Shown: piece after piece, positions 1 through 10,896 of the stretch
Position numbering within the stretch: position 1 is the first letter of the stretch
Layout of the letters: every line of letters starts with the position of its first letter
Source of the DNA: Gemmatimonadota bacterium
GTDB lineage: Bacteria > Gemmatimonadota > Gemmatimonadetes > Palauibacterales > Palauibacteraceae
NCBI GenBank assembly: GCA_965116475.1
Contig: OZ220691.1
Location: 3,456,001-3,520,000 of the forward strand
DNA length: 64,000 nucleotides
Direction: 5' to 3'
The notes under the pieces: generated by a model
Database searches by the model: none
What the model was told of the DNA's origin: nothing
What the model saw: the letters and a program-made list of their open reading frames with translations, nothing else
Program-made: the position numbers and the translations under genes

Positions 1-264
1 CGGCCGCTGGCGCTCGGCATCGCCCGTGCGCTGCGCGACCGGGGACGGCAGGTGCTCTACGACCTGCGTCCGCGCGCGGTCGGACGCCAGTTCAAGGCCG
101 CGCACCAGGCGGGCGCCGGCCGCGCCGTCGTGCTCGGGCCGCGGGAAGCGGAGCGGGGCGTCGCGGTACTCCGCGACATGGCCTCCGGCGAGGAACGGGA
201 AGTGGCGATCGAGACCCTGACCCGGCCGCCCTCCGGCGAAGCGAGACGAGAGGAAGTGCCATGA
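1..264 (+). CDS. hisS: Histidyl-tRNA synthetase, C-terminal anticodon-binding domain (partial, 5' end outside window)
   Basis: Frame 1 reads [65 protein letters not shown], an HGTP anticodon-domain pattern; ATGA overlap with guaA. Confidence 0.8.
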   Translation, partial: RPLALGIARALRDRGRQVLYDLRPRAVGRQFKAAHQAGAGRAVVLGPREAERGVAVLRDMASGEEREVAIETLTRPPSGEARREEVP

Positions 265-1796
265 GTCGCGTCCTCATCCTCGATTTCGGGTCCCAGTTCA
301 CCCAGCTCATCGCGCGGCGCATCCGCGAGGAGGGCGTGTACTGCGAGGTGCACCCGCCGACCCGGAGCCCCGCGTGGGTCCGCCGCTACGACCCGGCGGC
401 GATCGTCCTTTCCGGGGGACCGGCGAGCGTCTACGACGAGGGCGTCCCCACGGCCCACCCGGAAACGCTCGCCATGGGCGTCCCGATCCTCGGGATCTGC
501 TACGGGATGCAGCTCGTGGCGGACCTCGTCGGGGGCGAGGTGCAGCAGGCCGAGCGCCGGGAGTACGGGCGCGCCGAGCTCAGGGTCCGGTCGGCGGACC
601 CCCTCTTTCACGGGTTCGCCGATGACGAGTCCACACAGGTCTGGATGAGCCACGGCGACTCCCTCCACGCGCTGCCGCCGGGCTTCGAGGTCTCGGCGAC
701 CACCGACAACTCCATCGCCGCGATTCGATCCGAGGAGCGCCGGATCTGGGGGGTGCAGTTCCACCCTGAAGTCGCCCATACGACGCGCGGCGGGGAGATG
801 CTGCGGAACTTCCTGTTCGAGATCGCCGGCTGCGAGATGAGCTGGAACGCCGCGAACATCATCGATCACCAGCTCGCCGCGGTTCGGGAGACCGTGGGGG
901 ACGCCCAGGTGATCTGCGGACTCTCCGGCGGCGTGGACAGCTCCGTCGCCGCCACGCTGGTGCAGCGGGCGGTGGGAGACCGGCTCACCTGCATCTTCGT
1001 CGACACGGGCCTGCTGCGGAAGGGCGAGCGCGACGCCGTGGAGGCGGTGTTCGGCGAACGCATGGGGATGCGGCTCGAGGTCGTCGACGCGGCGGATCTC
1101 TTTCTCGACCGCCTCGCCGGCGTCGAGGAACCCGAGGAGAAGCGGGTGATCATCGGTCACACGTTCATCGACGTGTTCGAGGAGGCGGCGGGCCGGCACG
1201 GCGACGCGCGTTTCCTCGTGCAGGGAACGCTTTACCCCGACGTCATCGAATCCGTCTCCGTGTGGGGACCGTCGGTGAAGATCAAGTCCCATCACAACGT
1301 GGGCGGCCTCCGTCCCGACCACCCCTTCGAACTCATCGAGCCTCTCCGTGAACTCTTCAAGGACGAGGTGCGCGCCGTGGGCCGCGAACTCGGGCTTTCG
1401 GAGGAGATCGTGGGGCGCCACCCGTTTCCGGGGCCGGGCCTGGGGATCCGCATCCTGGGCGACGTGACGCGGGAGAAACTCGCCACGCTGCGGGAAGTGG
1501 ATGCCATCTACCTCGAGGGGATTCGCGACGCGGGGCTCTACGATGAGATATGGCAGGCGTTCGCCGTCCTGCTGCCCGTCCAGTCGGTCGGTGTCATGGG
1601 CGATGCGCGCACGTACGAGAACGTCGTCGCGCTGCGCGCCGTGACCTCCCTGGATGGGATGACGGCCGACTGGTTCCAGTTCCCCCACGATGTGCTGGGC
1701 CGGATTTCGAACCGCATCATCAACGAGGTGAAGGGCGTGAACCGGGTGACGTACGACGTGTCGTCGAAGCCGCCCGCCACCATCGAGTGGGAGTAG
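261..1796 (+). CDS. guaA: GMP synthase (glutamine-hydrolysing)
   Basis: [35 protein letters not shown]-terminal KPPATIEWE. Confidence 0.98.
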   Translation: MSRVLILDFGSQFTQLIARRIREEGVYCEVHPPTRSPAWVRRYDPAAIVLSGGPASVYDEGVPTAHPETLAMGVPILGICYGMQLVADLVGGEVQQAERREYGRAELRVRSADPLFHGFADDESTQVWMSHGDSLHALPPGFEVSATTDNSIAAIRSEERRIWGVQFHPEVAHTTRGGEMLRNFLFEIAGCEMSWNAANIIDHQLAAVRETVGDAQVICGLSGGVDSSVAATLVQRAVGDRLTCIFVDTGLLRKGERDAVEAVFGERMGMRLEVVDAADLFLDRLAGVEEPEEKRVIIGHTFIDVFEEAAGRHGDARFLVQGTLYPDVIESVSVWGPSVKIKSHHNVGGLRPDHPFELIEPLRELFKDEVRAVGRELGLSEEIVGRHPFPGPGLGIRILGDVTREKLATLREVDAIYLEGIRDAGLYDEIWQAFAVLLPVQSVGVMGDARTYENVVALRAVTSLDGMTADWFQFPHDVLGRISNRIINEVKGVNRVTYDVSSKPPATIEWE

Positions 1797-1801
1797 CCGC
1801 C

Positions 1802-2617
1802 GTGCCGGGTGTACGCGACACCGGATCTCGCGCCGTGGGCGGCGACGGTGCGGGGCGGCGCGCCGGGTGCCGCGAGATCGCCGCGTGGGCGGACGATCTT
1901 CTGCGCGTCGCCGAGGTGGAGGACTACCCGTTCGCCCTCAACGGCCTTCAGGTGGACGGCCGACGCCCCGTCGCGCGCATCGGCGCCGCCACCGACGCAT
2001 GTCTGGCCACGATCGACCTCGCCGCCGAAGCCGGGTGCGATCTCCTGATGGTCCACCACGGCCTGTTCTGGGGCGGCCTGCGTCCCTTCGTCGGCCCCGC
2101 GTACGAGCGCTTCCGCCGGCTCGTGGAGAGCGGGATGGGACTGTACTCGGCGCACCTTCCGCTCGACGCACACCCCCGGATCGGAAACAACGTCCTCCTC
2201 GCCGCCGAATTCCGCGTCGGCGATGTCGAACCTTTCGGGTCCTTCAAGGGGAATGACGGGATCGGCGTCATCGGCTCGATCGACACGTCGCGCGGCGAAC
2301 TCGCGGCCCGAGCGGAAGTCGTGTGCGGGCGAACGCCCATCGTGATCGCCGGCGGCCCGGAACGCGTGTCGCGGCTCGCCATCGTCACGGGCGGTGCGGG
2401 TTCGATGATCGAGGCCGCCGCCATGGCGGGCGCCGACACCTTTCTCACGGGGGAGGGGAACCACCACACGTACCACGAGGCGATGGAACTCGGGATCAAC
2501 GTGATCTACGCCGGCCACTACGGGACGGAGACGCTGGGCGTACAGGCCCTCGCGAAGCGCGCCGGCGAGCATTTCGGGGCGGAACACGCCTTCTTCGACG
2601 TCCCCACCGGCCTCTAG
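1802..2617 (+). CDS. Nif3/YbgI-like dinuclear metal centre protein
   Basis: NGLQVDG, VHHGLFW, LYSAHLPLDAHP, GNN, AGHYGTE; start uncertain (GTG 1802). Confidence 0.9.
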   Translation: MPGVRDTGSRAVGGDGAGRRAGCREIAAWADDLLRVAEVEDYPFALNGLQVDGRRPVARIGAATDACLATIDLAAEAGCDLLMVHHGLFWGGLRPFVGPAYERFRRLVESGMGLYSAHLPLDAHPRIGNNVLLAAEFRVGDVEPFGSFKGNDGIGVIGSIDTSRGELAARAEVVCGRTPIVIAGGPERVSRLAIVTGGAGSMIEAAAMAGADTFLTGEGNHHTYHEAMELGINVIYAGHYGTETLGVQALAKRAGEHFGAEHAFFDVPTGL

Positions 2618-2622
2618 TACAG

Positions 2623-3546
2623 CTAGAAGACCGAGACCTTGAGGTCCGTCAGGTAGCGGTGCGGCCGTTCGCGGATATCCCGCAGGAGGAGGGCGAGTTC
2701 CTCGCCCGAGGCGCGCAGCGACTCCAGCGTTTCCAGCAGTTCATCGTGGACCGCGTCTTCGCGCAGGAGCTTGCCGAGCGTGCCTTCGCCGCCTTCCAAC
2801 CCCCGCCCGATCTCGGCCAGGGATCGGCCGGCGGCCGAGAAGTCCGTGCTGGCGGCGGCGAGCCGCGTCGAAAGCGTGTCGAGGTTGGCCAGCGTGCGAT
2901 CGACTTCCTCGGACCCTGTCATCCCCGCGAGCCGGTTCGCCAGGGTATCCATGTTGGCGAGCAGGCCGCCGATCGACGCGCGCTCGGTCTCGAGGATGCC
3001 CGCGAGTTCCCGCATGGCAAACGTGAAGGCCTCGGACCCGGATGCGACATTCTCGGCCAGGCCGCCGCCGAGCAGCGATTCCAGCTCTCCGATCAGGGAA
3101 CCCACCTCGTCCCCGAGCGTCGAGGCCAGCGACGTGAGGTCGGATCGGCGGTCGAGCGAGAGCGTATCCCCGTTCGCCAGCGTCCGCGCACTCGTCCCCG
3201 GCGCGAGTTCGACGAGTTGCTGGCCCAGAAATCCATCCGGCTGGATCGTGCCCCGCGTGTCCGCCGGCAGTCGGACGCGCGTGGAGAGCGTCATCGTGAG
3301 GACGACGCGATCCGCCGCGAGCGCGACTTCGTCCACGGTGCCGACCTCCACCCCGCGCAACAGGACGGGCGACGCGGTCGCGATCCGGTTCGCGTTCGCC
3401 GCGATCCCCCACACGCGGATCGTGGGGCCGCGAAACGGCGAACCCGATATCCAGAACAGGCCCGAGACGATGACGGCTGCGGCAAGGATGACGAACGCGC
3501 CGACCCGGACCTCGGCGCCGTGGTCGCGCAGCCCGGGGTCCCTCAC
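2623..3546 (-). CDS. mlaD: MlaD/MCE family protein
   Basis: EVRVGAFV TM, PVLLRGVEVGTV, GFLGQQLVELAPG, helical tail with GTLGKLL...DIRERPHRY; GTGA overlap with mlaF stop. Confidence 0.88.
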   Translation of the reverse strand: MRDPGLRDHGAEVRVGAFVILAAAVIVSGLFWISGSPFRGPTIRVWGIAANANRIATASPVLLRGVEVGTVDEVALAADRVVLTMTLSTRVRLPADTRGTIQPDGFLGQQLVELAPGTSARTLANGDTLSLDRRSDLTSLASTLGDEVGSLIGELESLLGGGLAENVASGSEAFTFAMRELAGILETERASIGGLLANMDTLANRLAGMTGSEEVDRTLANLDTLSTRLAAASTDFSAAGRSLAEIGRGLEGGEGTLGKLLREDAVHDELLETLESLRASGEELALLLRDIRERPHRYLTDLKVSVF

Positions 3547-4289
3547 GCGGGACCCCGCGCGGGCGCCGCGTCGAGAAACTCGCGCACCGCCCGGTTGTCC
3601 GTCTCGCGCAGTTGCCGCGGCGTGCCCTCCGCCGCGACGACGCCATCGGAGAGGAGCGCGATCCGGTCGGCCAGGAAGAAGGCGGACTCCACGTCGTGGG
3701 TCACGACGATGCTCGTTGCATCGACCTCCTCGCTCACACGTGCGATCAGGCGGTTGATGCGGGTCGCGTTGACGGGATCCAGCCCCGTCGTCGGCTCGTC
3801 GTAGAGGACGTAGCGGCGCTTCCCGATGATGGCGCGCGCGATGGCGACCCGCCGCTGCATGCCTCCGGAGAGTTCGGCGGGCAGGAGCATCAGCACTTCC
3901 GGCTCGAGGTTCACGTGATCGAGCGCCGTCCGGACCAGTTCCTCGCACTTGGCCGCGCGGCCGCGGCAGAAGCCGGGCGGGAGGCCCATCAGCAGGTTCC
4001 CGCGTACCGTCATGGAATCGAAGAGGGCGGAATTCTGGAACACGTAGGCGGTCCTGGTGCGCACGGCGGCCATCTCGGCCCGGTCGGCCGAAGGTACCGA
4101 GATCCCATCGACGAGGATGTCTCCGGCGTCGGGATCGAAGAGGCCGACGATGTGTTTGAGGAGGACGCTCTTACCGGTCCCTGACGGCCCCATGATGGCG
4201 AGGGTTTCGCCTTCCCGCACGTCGAGGTCGACGCCGCTCAGAACCGGGCGTCCCCCCAGCCACTTGTGCACGCCGATGATCCTGATCAT
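3543..4289 (-). CDS. mlaF: MlaF-type ABC transporter ATP-binding protein
   Basis: GPSGTGKS, FQNSALFDS, LSGGMQRRV, LYDEPTTGLDP, VTHD. Confidence 0.92.
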   Translation of the reverse strand: MIRIIGVHKWLGGRPVLSGVDLDVREGETLAIMGPSGTGKSVLLKHIVGLFDPDAGDILVDGISVPSADRAEMAAVRTRTAYVFQNSALFDSMTVRGNLLMGLPPGFCRGRAAKCEELVRTALDHVNLEPEVLMLLPAELSGGMQRRVAIARAIIGKRRYVLYDEPTTGLDPVNATRINRLIARVSEEVDATSIVVTHDVESAFFLADRIALLSDGVVAAEGTPRQLRETDNRAVREFLDAAPARGPA

Positions 4290-5071
4290 GTGAGCGTCTT
4301 GTACACCGGCCCGAGTACCGTGTCGAGGACCATGATCGAGACGATGATCGCGACGACCGCCCGCGTCGCGGTGCGGCCCACGCCCGCCGCCCCGCCGCTC
4401 GCGCGAAGCCCGACGTGGCTCGAGATGAAGGTGATGGCGAACCCGTACGCGACCGCCTTCACGAGGGAGAAGATCAGCGCGCCGTGGTGATAGTACCCCT
4501 TGGCTCCATCCACGTACTCGGCCGTGCTCAACCCGAGGATGCCGACCGAGGTCACGTAGCCGCTGAAGATCCCCATCACGTTGGCGAGCATGACGAGCGG
4601 GATCAGAATGAGGGTTCCCGCCACCACCCGCGGGACCACGAGTTCCACGACGGGGTCCCGGCCCATCGTCAGGAGGGCGTCGATCTGGTTCGTCACCTTC
4701 ATCGTGCCGAGTTCGGCTCCGATGGCGGCCCCGACGCGCCCCGCGAGCACGACCGCCGTCAGCACGGGTCCGAGTTCCGTGAGCATGCCGCCGACGACGC
4801 CGCCCGCGACGATCTCCCTCGGCAGTCCCGGCGAGAGCTGGTACATCGTCTGCTGGGCCATGACCGCACCCGAAAGGGCCCCCATGAGCAAGACCAGCGG
4901 GAGGCTGTCGAGGCCGATGAACTTCGCGTGCTGGACTGTCTCCAGCGCGTACCGGCGCGGATAGGCGAGCGCACGGATCGTCGCGATGCCGAGCATGCCC
5001 GCTCTTCCCGCGTGGAGCGCCGCGGCACGGGCGGAGCGGCCCGGGCCTGCGAGGAGGTGCGGCGCCTTCAA
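4286..5071 (-). CDS. mlaE: MlaE-type ABC permease
   Basis: ELGPVLTAVVLAGRVGAAIGAELGTMKVTNQIDAL; probable TTG start overlapping the upstream TGA. Confidence 0.92.
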   Translation of the reverse strand: MKAPHLLAGPGRSARAAALHAGRAGMLGIATIRALAYPRRYALETVQHAKFIGLDSLPLVLLMGALSGAVMAQQTMYQLSPGLPREIVAGGVVGGMLTELGPVLTAVVLAGRVGAAIGAELGTMKVTNQIDALLTMGRDPVVELVVPRVVAGTLILIPLVMLANVMGIFSGYVTSVGILGLSTAEYVDGAKGYYHHGALIFSLVKAVAYGFAITFISSHVGLRASGGAAGVGRTATRAVVAIIVSIMVLDTVLGPVYKTLT

Positions 5072-5442
5072 CGGCTCTCGTGCCTTTCGGCGTCCGGTGT
5101 CTCCAGCTGCGATTCCGGCCGCGGTACGCCGTCGAGTACCTCCACCTCCAGTCGAATCGACTCCCACAGGCGGTGCATGCGCCCGGGGTCGTCTCCGAGC
5201 CGGGCGACGAATTCCTCGAGTTGCTGTCCCGTCACGCCGTGCTCATCGAGCGCAGCGGCCCGCACCGAGTCGCCTTCCGCCGTATCCGCGTACTTCGCCC
5301 GTGCCCAGCTCAGCCTCGCCATGACCTGCACGTACGTGTCGTCGTCGAGGCCGCCGCCGGAGCCGGCGCAGCCGATGGCCGCGAGGCCCGCGGCGAGCAG
5401 GATCCGTTTCCTCATGGCTCGGCCGCCGCCCGGGTGCTTCAT
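5068..5442 (-). CDS. Small helical lipoprotein, hypothetical (DUF4296-like)
   Basis: MRKRILLAAGLAAIGC lipobox; start at 5442 (ATGA overlap with OPT stop) or 5415. Confidence 0.7.
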   Translation of the reverse strand: MKHPGGGRAMRKRILLAAGLAAIGCAGSGGGLDDDTYVQVMARLSWARAKYADTAEGDSVRAAALDEHGVTGQQLEEFVARLGDDPGRMHRLWESIRLEVEVLDGVPRPESQLETPDAERHESR

Positions 5443-7502
5443 TCGGACGCCCGCAGCGAGGCGCGGTAGAGCCAGAGGATGAATCCGGCGACGACCGCGG
5501 CGCCGATCCAGCGCGCGATCGGATCGAATCCATCGGATACGACGCTCAGCACATCCGTGCCGCTCTCGGAGATCGCGAACGGGATCGCGAGGAAGATCCC
5601 GACGAGCGCCTCTCCCGTGATGAGCCCGGACGAGAAGAGCAGCCCCCGATGGTTCGCCTGCCGGACGGCGCCTTCGCCGCCGCCCCCTCGCCGTACGGCC
5701 CGGCCCACCAGCCACGCCACGATCCCTCCCACGAAGATCGGGACTTCGAGTTCGATGGGCAGGTAGATCCCGACCGCGACGGCGAGGACCGGTACCCGCA
5801 GGCTGGAGCCGCGCGCCTTGAGAGTCTGGTCCAGGGCGATCACGCCTGCGGCGATGAGCGCGCCGATCCCGATCATCCCCCACGGGAGATTGCGCGAAAA
5901 GACGCCATCGGCGACGGAAGCCATGAGCGTCGCCTGCGGCGCCTGCAGCATCTCGTCCGGATCCATCCCCGCGCGCGGCAGGACGCCGCCGAGCCCGTAC
6001 GCCTCGAACAGAAGGCCGAGGATCGGCGCGATGACGAGCGCGGCGGCCGTGACGCCGATGAGCTGCATGATCTGCTGCTGCCGCGGCGTGGCGCCCACGA
6101 TCCGCCCCGCCTTCAGGTCCTGCATGTTGTCGCCCGCGATCGCGGCGGCGCAGGCGACGACGGCCCCCACGAGGATGGCGGTCGCCGCCGCCGAGAGCGC
6201 CTGGGGCGCGGAGACGGTGAAGTCGATCTGCAGTCCCAGCAGGAGATAGAGGATGAGGGAGATCGTGAGGATCGTCGCGATCGTCACGCCCGAGATCGGG
6301 TTGTTCGAGGAGCCCACGAGACCCGCCATGTAGCCTGCGACGGAGGCGAAGAGGAACCCCGCCAGGAGGGAGAAGACGGTCCCCAGCGCGAGCACGAGCC
6401 AGTACAGTCCGGGCGTGATCGAGAGCGAGCCGCGGTCGATGACGAGCATGAACACCGCGAGGATCGGGACCGCGAGCGCCACTGTCCCGACCCCGACGAA
6501 GTTGATCGGCATGTCCCGCTCGGTGCGGAGGATCTCCGGACCGCCGTCGGCCGCGCGGGCCGCGCGCAGCGCCGCGATGGAGGAGCGTACGCCATCCCGC
6601 ACGTGGCCCAGGAGCGACACGAGGGCCCAAACGCCTCCCACGACCATGGCGCCTACCCCCATGAAGCGAATCTGCGCGCTCCAGATCGCGAGGGCCGCAT
6701 CGTACCCGCTTGCGTCCCCCGTGATGCCGGCCACGACCTGCGGGTCGGTGATCGCCATGTAGATGGGGATCCCCGCGAGCCATGAGATCGCGCCGCCCGC
6801 GAGCACGAGGCTGCCGACGCGGGGTCCGACGATGTAGCCGACGCCGAGCAGGGCGGGCGAGAGGTCGCTTCCGATCCCGAACACGGAGCGGCCCAACGTG
6901 AAGCCGTGTTCTATCGAGGAGCCCGCGATCTTGAGGCCCGTCTGCGACAGCTTTAGCAGGGCGGCTGCCACGCCTCCGAGCGCGATCAGCTTCGCGCCGG
7001 AACCGCCGCTGGCCCCGGCCTTCAGGACTTCCGCCGTCGCGACGCCCTCCGGAAAACGCAGGTCCGCCTCGACGATGAGGGCGCGGCGGAGCGGTATGGT
7101 GAAGAGGACGCCGAGAATGCCGCCGCAGAGCGCGATCCCCATCGTGGGCAGGAACGGGAACCCGGCCCAGTGGCGGAGCAGGATGAGGGCGGGAAGGGTG
7201 AAGATCACGCCGGCCGCCAGCGACTCGCCCGCGGACGCCGCCGTCTGGACGATGTTGTTCTCGAGGATGTTGTGCTCGCGGAACATCCTGAGGATCGCCA
7301 TGGAGATCACGGCGGCCGGGATGGACGCGGACACGGTGAGACCCACCTTGAGGCCCAGATAGGCGTTGGCCCCCGAGAGGACGGCGGAGAGGAGGATGCC
7401 GAGCACGATCGCCTTGCCGGTGATCTCGGGCAGCGACTGCGACGCGGGGATGTACGGCTTGTGCGTGCGCGACTCCGAGGCGCCGGCTGCTGGGTCCGAC
7501 AT
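5439..7502 (-). CDS. OPT (oligopeptide/YSL-type) family transporter
   Basis: ANAYLGLKVGLTVSASIPAAVIS, ENNIVQTAASAGES, FPEGVATAEVL, DLKAG, APQATLMA; GGAGGG upstream. Confidence 0.93.
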   Translation of the reverse strand: MSDPAAGASESRTHKPYIPASQSLPEITGKAIVLGILLSAVLSGANAYLGLKVGLTVSASIPAAVISMAILRMFREHNILENNIVQTAASAGESLAAGVIFTLPALILLRHWAGFPFLPTMGIALCGGILGVLFTIPLRRALIVEADLRFPEGVATAEVLKAGASGGSGAKLIALGGVAAALLKLSQTGLKIAGSSIEHGFTLGRSVFGIGSDLSPALLGVGYIVGPRVGSLVLAGGAISWLAGIPIYMAITDPQVVAGITGDASGYDAALAIWSAQIRFMGVGAMVVGGVWALVSLLGHVRDGVRSSIAALRAARAADGGPEILRTERDMPINFVGVGTVALAVPILAVFMLVIDRGSLSITPGLYWLVLALGTVFSLLAGFLFASVAGYMAGLVGSSNNPISGVTIATILTISLILYLLLGLQIDFTVSAPQALSAAATAILVGAVVACAAAIAGDNMQDLKAGRIVGATPRQQQIMQLIGVTAAALVIAPILGLLFEAYGLGGVLPRAGMDPDEMLQAPQATLMASVADGVFSRNLPWGMIGIGALIAAGVIALDQTLKARGSSLRVPVLAVAVGIYLPIELEVPIFVGGIVAWLVGRAVRRGGGGEGAVRQANHRGLLFSSGLITGEALVGIFLAIPFAISESGTDVLSVVSDGFDPIARWIGAAVVAGFILWLYRASLRASE

Positions 7503-7617
7503 GGGCATCCCTCCAGATTGTCCCGGAATCGACACGGGAGATGATCGCATCCTCATGGGGCGGGGTCGACCGATGGGACGCTAGTTGCGGGTCCGGCAGG
7601 GGTCAACACGGAACCCC

Positions 7618-7697
7618 CTGCCGAAGTGGCACCAGCGCGGCGTCCCCGATGGCGGGCGTCACCGCCTGATCGGCGGTTATCCCGCCGTTCCGGCGGA
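7618..7697 (+). promoter_or_regulatory. Array of four phased (C/T)GCC-N5-GGC(A/G)-like palindromes, candidate activator binding sites
   Basis: TGCCgaagtGGCA, gTCCccgatGGCG, ACCGCCtgatcGGCGGT, CCGCCgttccGGCGG; centres at 7625/7648/7669/7689. Confidence 0.55.
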
Positions 7698-7725
7698 TCG
7701 AGGCCTCGAATCCGGCGCCCGGGAG

Positions 7726-7740
7726 GGCACGGGGATTGCT
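7726..7740 (+). promoter_or_regulatory. Sigma-54 (-24/-12) promoter of clpB
   Basis: GGCACGGGGATTGCT = GG-N10-GC, matching TGGCACG-N4-TTGCW except the first T; 67 nt before the clpB ATG. Confidence 0.72.
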
Positions 7741-7807
7741 CATGAAACGGGGAGACCGCAATCCGAAGGACTCCGACGCCGCGAATAGCGCGAATAGAGA
7801 ATAGAAG

Positions 7808-10438
7808 ATGATCCCGAACGACAGGCTCACGCTCAAGGCCCGCGAAGCCCTCAACGACGCGACGCTCGCGGCGCGCCGGGCGGACAACCCCGCCGTCGAG
7901 GACGTACACCTCCTCGCGGCACTGCTCGGGCAGGAGGGCGGCGTCATCGTGCCGGTCCTGCAGACGGTGGGCGTCCATCTCCCCGATCTGGAGGCGCGGC
8001 TCGAGCGGGCCGTGCGCCGCCTGCCGAAACAGAGTGGGGCGGCTCCGGCCCTCAGCCGCGAACTCGACCGCGTCCTCGACGCGGCGGATGCGCTCGCCGG
8101 GGATATGGGCGATTCGTACGTGACGACCGAGCACCTCCTCCTGGCCCTCGCCGGGGAGAAGGCCTCCACCACGGGCCCGCTGCTCCGGAACGCGGGGGCC
8201 GGTCCGGAATCGACGCGCCAGGCGGTGGAGGAAGTCCGGGGGCCGCATCGGGTCACGGATCAGGACCCGGAAGGGAAGTATCGCGCCCTCGAGCGGTACG
8301 GCGTCGACCTCACGGCCGAGGCCCGCGCCGGAAAGCTCGACCCCGTCATCGGCCGCGATGCGGAGATCCGCCGCGTCATGCAGGTCCTCTCGCGGCGGAG
8401 GAAGAACAATCCCGTCCTCATCGGCGAGCCCGGCGTGGGCAAGACGGCGATCGCGGAAGGGCTCGCGCAGCGAATCGTCGCGGGAGACATCCCGGAATCA
8501 CTGCGGAACAAGCAGCTCGTGCAGCTCGACATCGGCTCGATGCTGGCCGGCGCCAAGTACCGGGGCGAGTTCGAGGAGCGCCTGAAGGCGACGCTCAAGG
8601 AGATCACGGAATCCGGCGGCCGTTACGTCATCTTCCTCGACGAACTCCACACCGTGGTGGGAGCGGGGGCCGCCGAGGGCGCGGTGGATGCGGGGAACAT
8701 GCTCAAGCCCGCGCTGGCGCGGGGCCAGCTGCGCATGGTGGGCGCGACCACGCTCGACGAATACCGGTTGCATATCGAGAAGGACCCGGCTCTGGAGCGG
8801 CGGTTCCAGCCCGTCGTCGTCGGCGAACCCGGCGTGGACGAGACCCTGGCCATCCTGCGTGGACTCAAGGAGCGCTACGAGGTCCACCACGGCGTACGGA
8901 TCACGGATCCGGCGCTCGTCAGCGCCGTGCGCCTGTCCGACCGCTACATCGGCGACCGGTTCCTGCCCGACAAGGCGATCGATCTCGTGGACGAGGCCGC
9001 GTCCCGGCTCCGTATCGAGATCGATTCCATGCCCGGGGAGATCGACGAACTGGACCGCCGCGTCACGCAACTCGAGATCGAACGCGAGGCGCTGCGCGAG
9101 GAGGACGACGCACGGAGCCGGGGGCGGCTCGCGGAGCTGGAGGGCGAACTCGCCGCGGCGCGGGAATCCCTCGCGGGACTGAACGCGCGCTGGATACGGG
9201 AGAAGGACACGATCGACACGGTCCAGCGCTTCAAGCGCGAGATCGAGGAACTCGGCGTGGAGGCGCAGCAGGCGCAGCGGCGCGTGGACCACCAGCGCGC
9301 GGCGGAAATCCTCCACGGGGAGTTGCCGAAGCTGCGGACCGAACTCCTCGCCGCGGAAGCGAAGCTGAAGGAGATCCAGGACGAGGGCTCCTTTCTGAAC
9401 GAGGAGGTCGGCCCCGGCGAGATCGCCGAGGTCGTGGCGAGCTGGACCGGGATTCCGGTGGCGCGGATGCTCGAGGACGAGAAGGACCGTCTCGCCACGC
9501 TCGAGGAACACCTGCATCGGCGCGTGGTGAACCAGTCGCACGCCATCACGGCCGTGTCGGATGCGGTGCGCCGAAGTCGCGCGGGACTCCAGGACCCCAA
9601 CCGTCCCATCGGGAGTTTCATGTTCCTCGGTCCCACGGGTGTCGGGAAGACGGAGACGGCGCGGGCGCTGGCGAAATTCCTCTTCGACGAGGAGTCCGCC
9701 ATGGTCCGGATCGACATGTCCGAGTACATGGAACGGCACGCGGTGGCGCGTCTCATCGGAGCGCCGCCCGGGTACGTCGGCTACGAGGAGGGTGGACAGC
9801 TCACCGAGGCCGTGCGGCGGCGTCCCTACACCGTGGTGCTGTTCGACGAGATCGAGAAGGCGCACCCGGAAGTCTTCAACGTCCTCCTCCAGATCCTGGA
9901 TGACGGGCGGCTGACGGACGGCCGTGGGCGCACGGTGGACTTCCGCAACGCGGTGCTCATCATGACGAGCAACATCGGAAGTTCCAGGATCCTCGCGCGT
10001 TCCGAGGCCGGCGAGTCGTGGGCCGGGACGGAGGCGGAGGTCGAGAACGCCCTGCGCGGCCGCTTCAAGCCGGAGTTCCTCAACCGGGTGGACGAGATCC
10101 TCGTCTTCCAGCCGCTGAGCCGGGAGCACCTCGAGTCGATCGTCGGAATCCAGGTGGATCGGGTAGCCCGAATGCTGGCGGAACGGGAGATCCGGATCGA
10201 GGTCAGTGGACCCGCCAGGCGAAGAATCGCGGAGGTCGGGTACGATCCGGCGTTCGGGGCGCGCCCGCTCAAGCGCGCGATCCAGCGGCTCATCGCGAAC
10301 CCGCTCGCGATGGCCTTCCTGGAAGGACGTTTCCGGGAGGGCGACGCGCTGCGCGTGGAACCGGATGAGGATGGCGACGGGCTATGCTTCGTACCGTTGG
10401 GGACAGACGATTCAAGAGAGAGGGAGGGGGAGGGATGA
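7808..10438 (+). CDS. clpB: ATP-dependent chaperone ClpB
   Basis: Two AAA+ modules ([16 protein letters not shown]), middle coiled-coil domain, GARPLKR. Confidence 0.97.
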   Translation: MIPNDRLTLKAREALNDATLAARRADNPAVEDVHLLAALLGQEGGVIVPVLQTVGVHLPDLEARLERAVRRLPKQSGAAPALSRELDRVLDAADALAGDMGDSYVTTEHLLLALAGEKASTTGPLLRNAGAGPESTRQAVEEVRGPHRVTDQDPEGKYRALERYGVDLTAEARAGKLDPVIGRDAEIRRVMQVLSRRRKNNPVLIGEPGVGKTAIAEGLAQRIVAGDIPESLRNKQLVQLDIGSMLAGAKYRGEFEERLKATLKEITESGGRYVIFLDELHTVVGAGAAEGAVDAGNMLKPALARGQLRMVGATTLDEYRLHIEKDPALERRFQPVVVGEPGVDETLAILRGLKERYEVHHGVRITDPALVSAVRLSDRYIGDRFLPDKAIDLVDEAASRLRIEIDSMPGEIDELDRRVTQLEIEREALREEDDARSRGRLAELEGELAAARESLAGLNARWIREKDTIDTVQRFKREIEELGVEAQQAQRRVDHQRAAEILHGELPKLRTELLAAEAKLKEIQDEGSFLNEEVGPGEIAEVVASWTGIPVARMLEDEKDRLATLEEHLHRRVVNQSHAITAVSDAVRRSRAGLQDPNRPIGSFMFLGPTGVGKTETARALAKFLFDEESAMVRIDMSEYMERHAVARLIGAPPGYVGYEEGGQLTEAVRRRPYTVVLFDEIEKAHPEVFNVLLQILDDGRLTDGRGRTVDFRNAVLIMTSNIGSSRILARSEAGESWAGTEAEVENALRGRFKPEFLNRVDEILVFQPLSREHLESIVGIQVDRVARMLAEREIRIEVSGPARRRIAEVGYDPAFGARPLKRAIQRLIANPLAMAFLEGRFREGDALRVEPDEDGDGLCFVPLGTDDSREREGEG

Positions 10439-10896
10439 ACGCAGCAGGGTTTTCTCGCCGGGCCGGCATGGCCGTGGTCGCGGCGGGTTTCGCGTTTGCC
10501 GCCTGTGCATCGCGCGGAGATGCCGGGGCGGAGTACGGCCCGGACATGTATGGAGCGGAGTCCGCGGAGACGGCTATCGGACGGTTCCTCGATGCCGCGA
10601 AACTGCGCGACTACGCGACCATGGCCCGGCTGTTCGGCACGGACGACGGCCCGGCGGAACGCCGCTGGGGACGGGGCGAGACGGAACAGAGGATGGTCGT
10701 GCTGGCGGGCCTGCTCGCGCCGGGCGGCTACCAACTCCGCCCGAACCCCGTCACCGGGGCCGACGGTGCCTCGCGCTGGACAGTCGACCTGACGGGGACG
10801 CCGAACGGGACGGTGAGCGTCCCCGTCTTCATCGTTTCGGATGGGAACCGCTGGTTCGTGGAGCGCATCGGGACGGAGGGACTCCGCGCTCCGTGA
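10435..10896 (+). CDS. Hypothetical lipoprotein
   Basis: Signal peptide with lipobox FAAC; ATGA overlap with clpB stop; G/A-rich RBS. Confidence 0.7.
   Translation: MNAAGFSRRAGMAVVAAGFAFAACASRGDAGAEYGPDMYGAESAETAIGRFLDAAKLRDYATMARLFGTDDGPAERRWGRGETEQRMVVLAGLLAPGGYQLRPNPVTGADGASRWTVDLTGTPNGTVSVPVFIVSDGNRWFVERIGTEGLRAP

Noticed and set aside
7509..7807. CIRCE or CtsR operator upstream of clpB
   Set aside because: No TTAGCACTC-N9-GAGTGCTAA or CtsR heptad repeat seen
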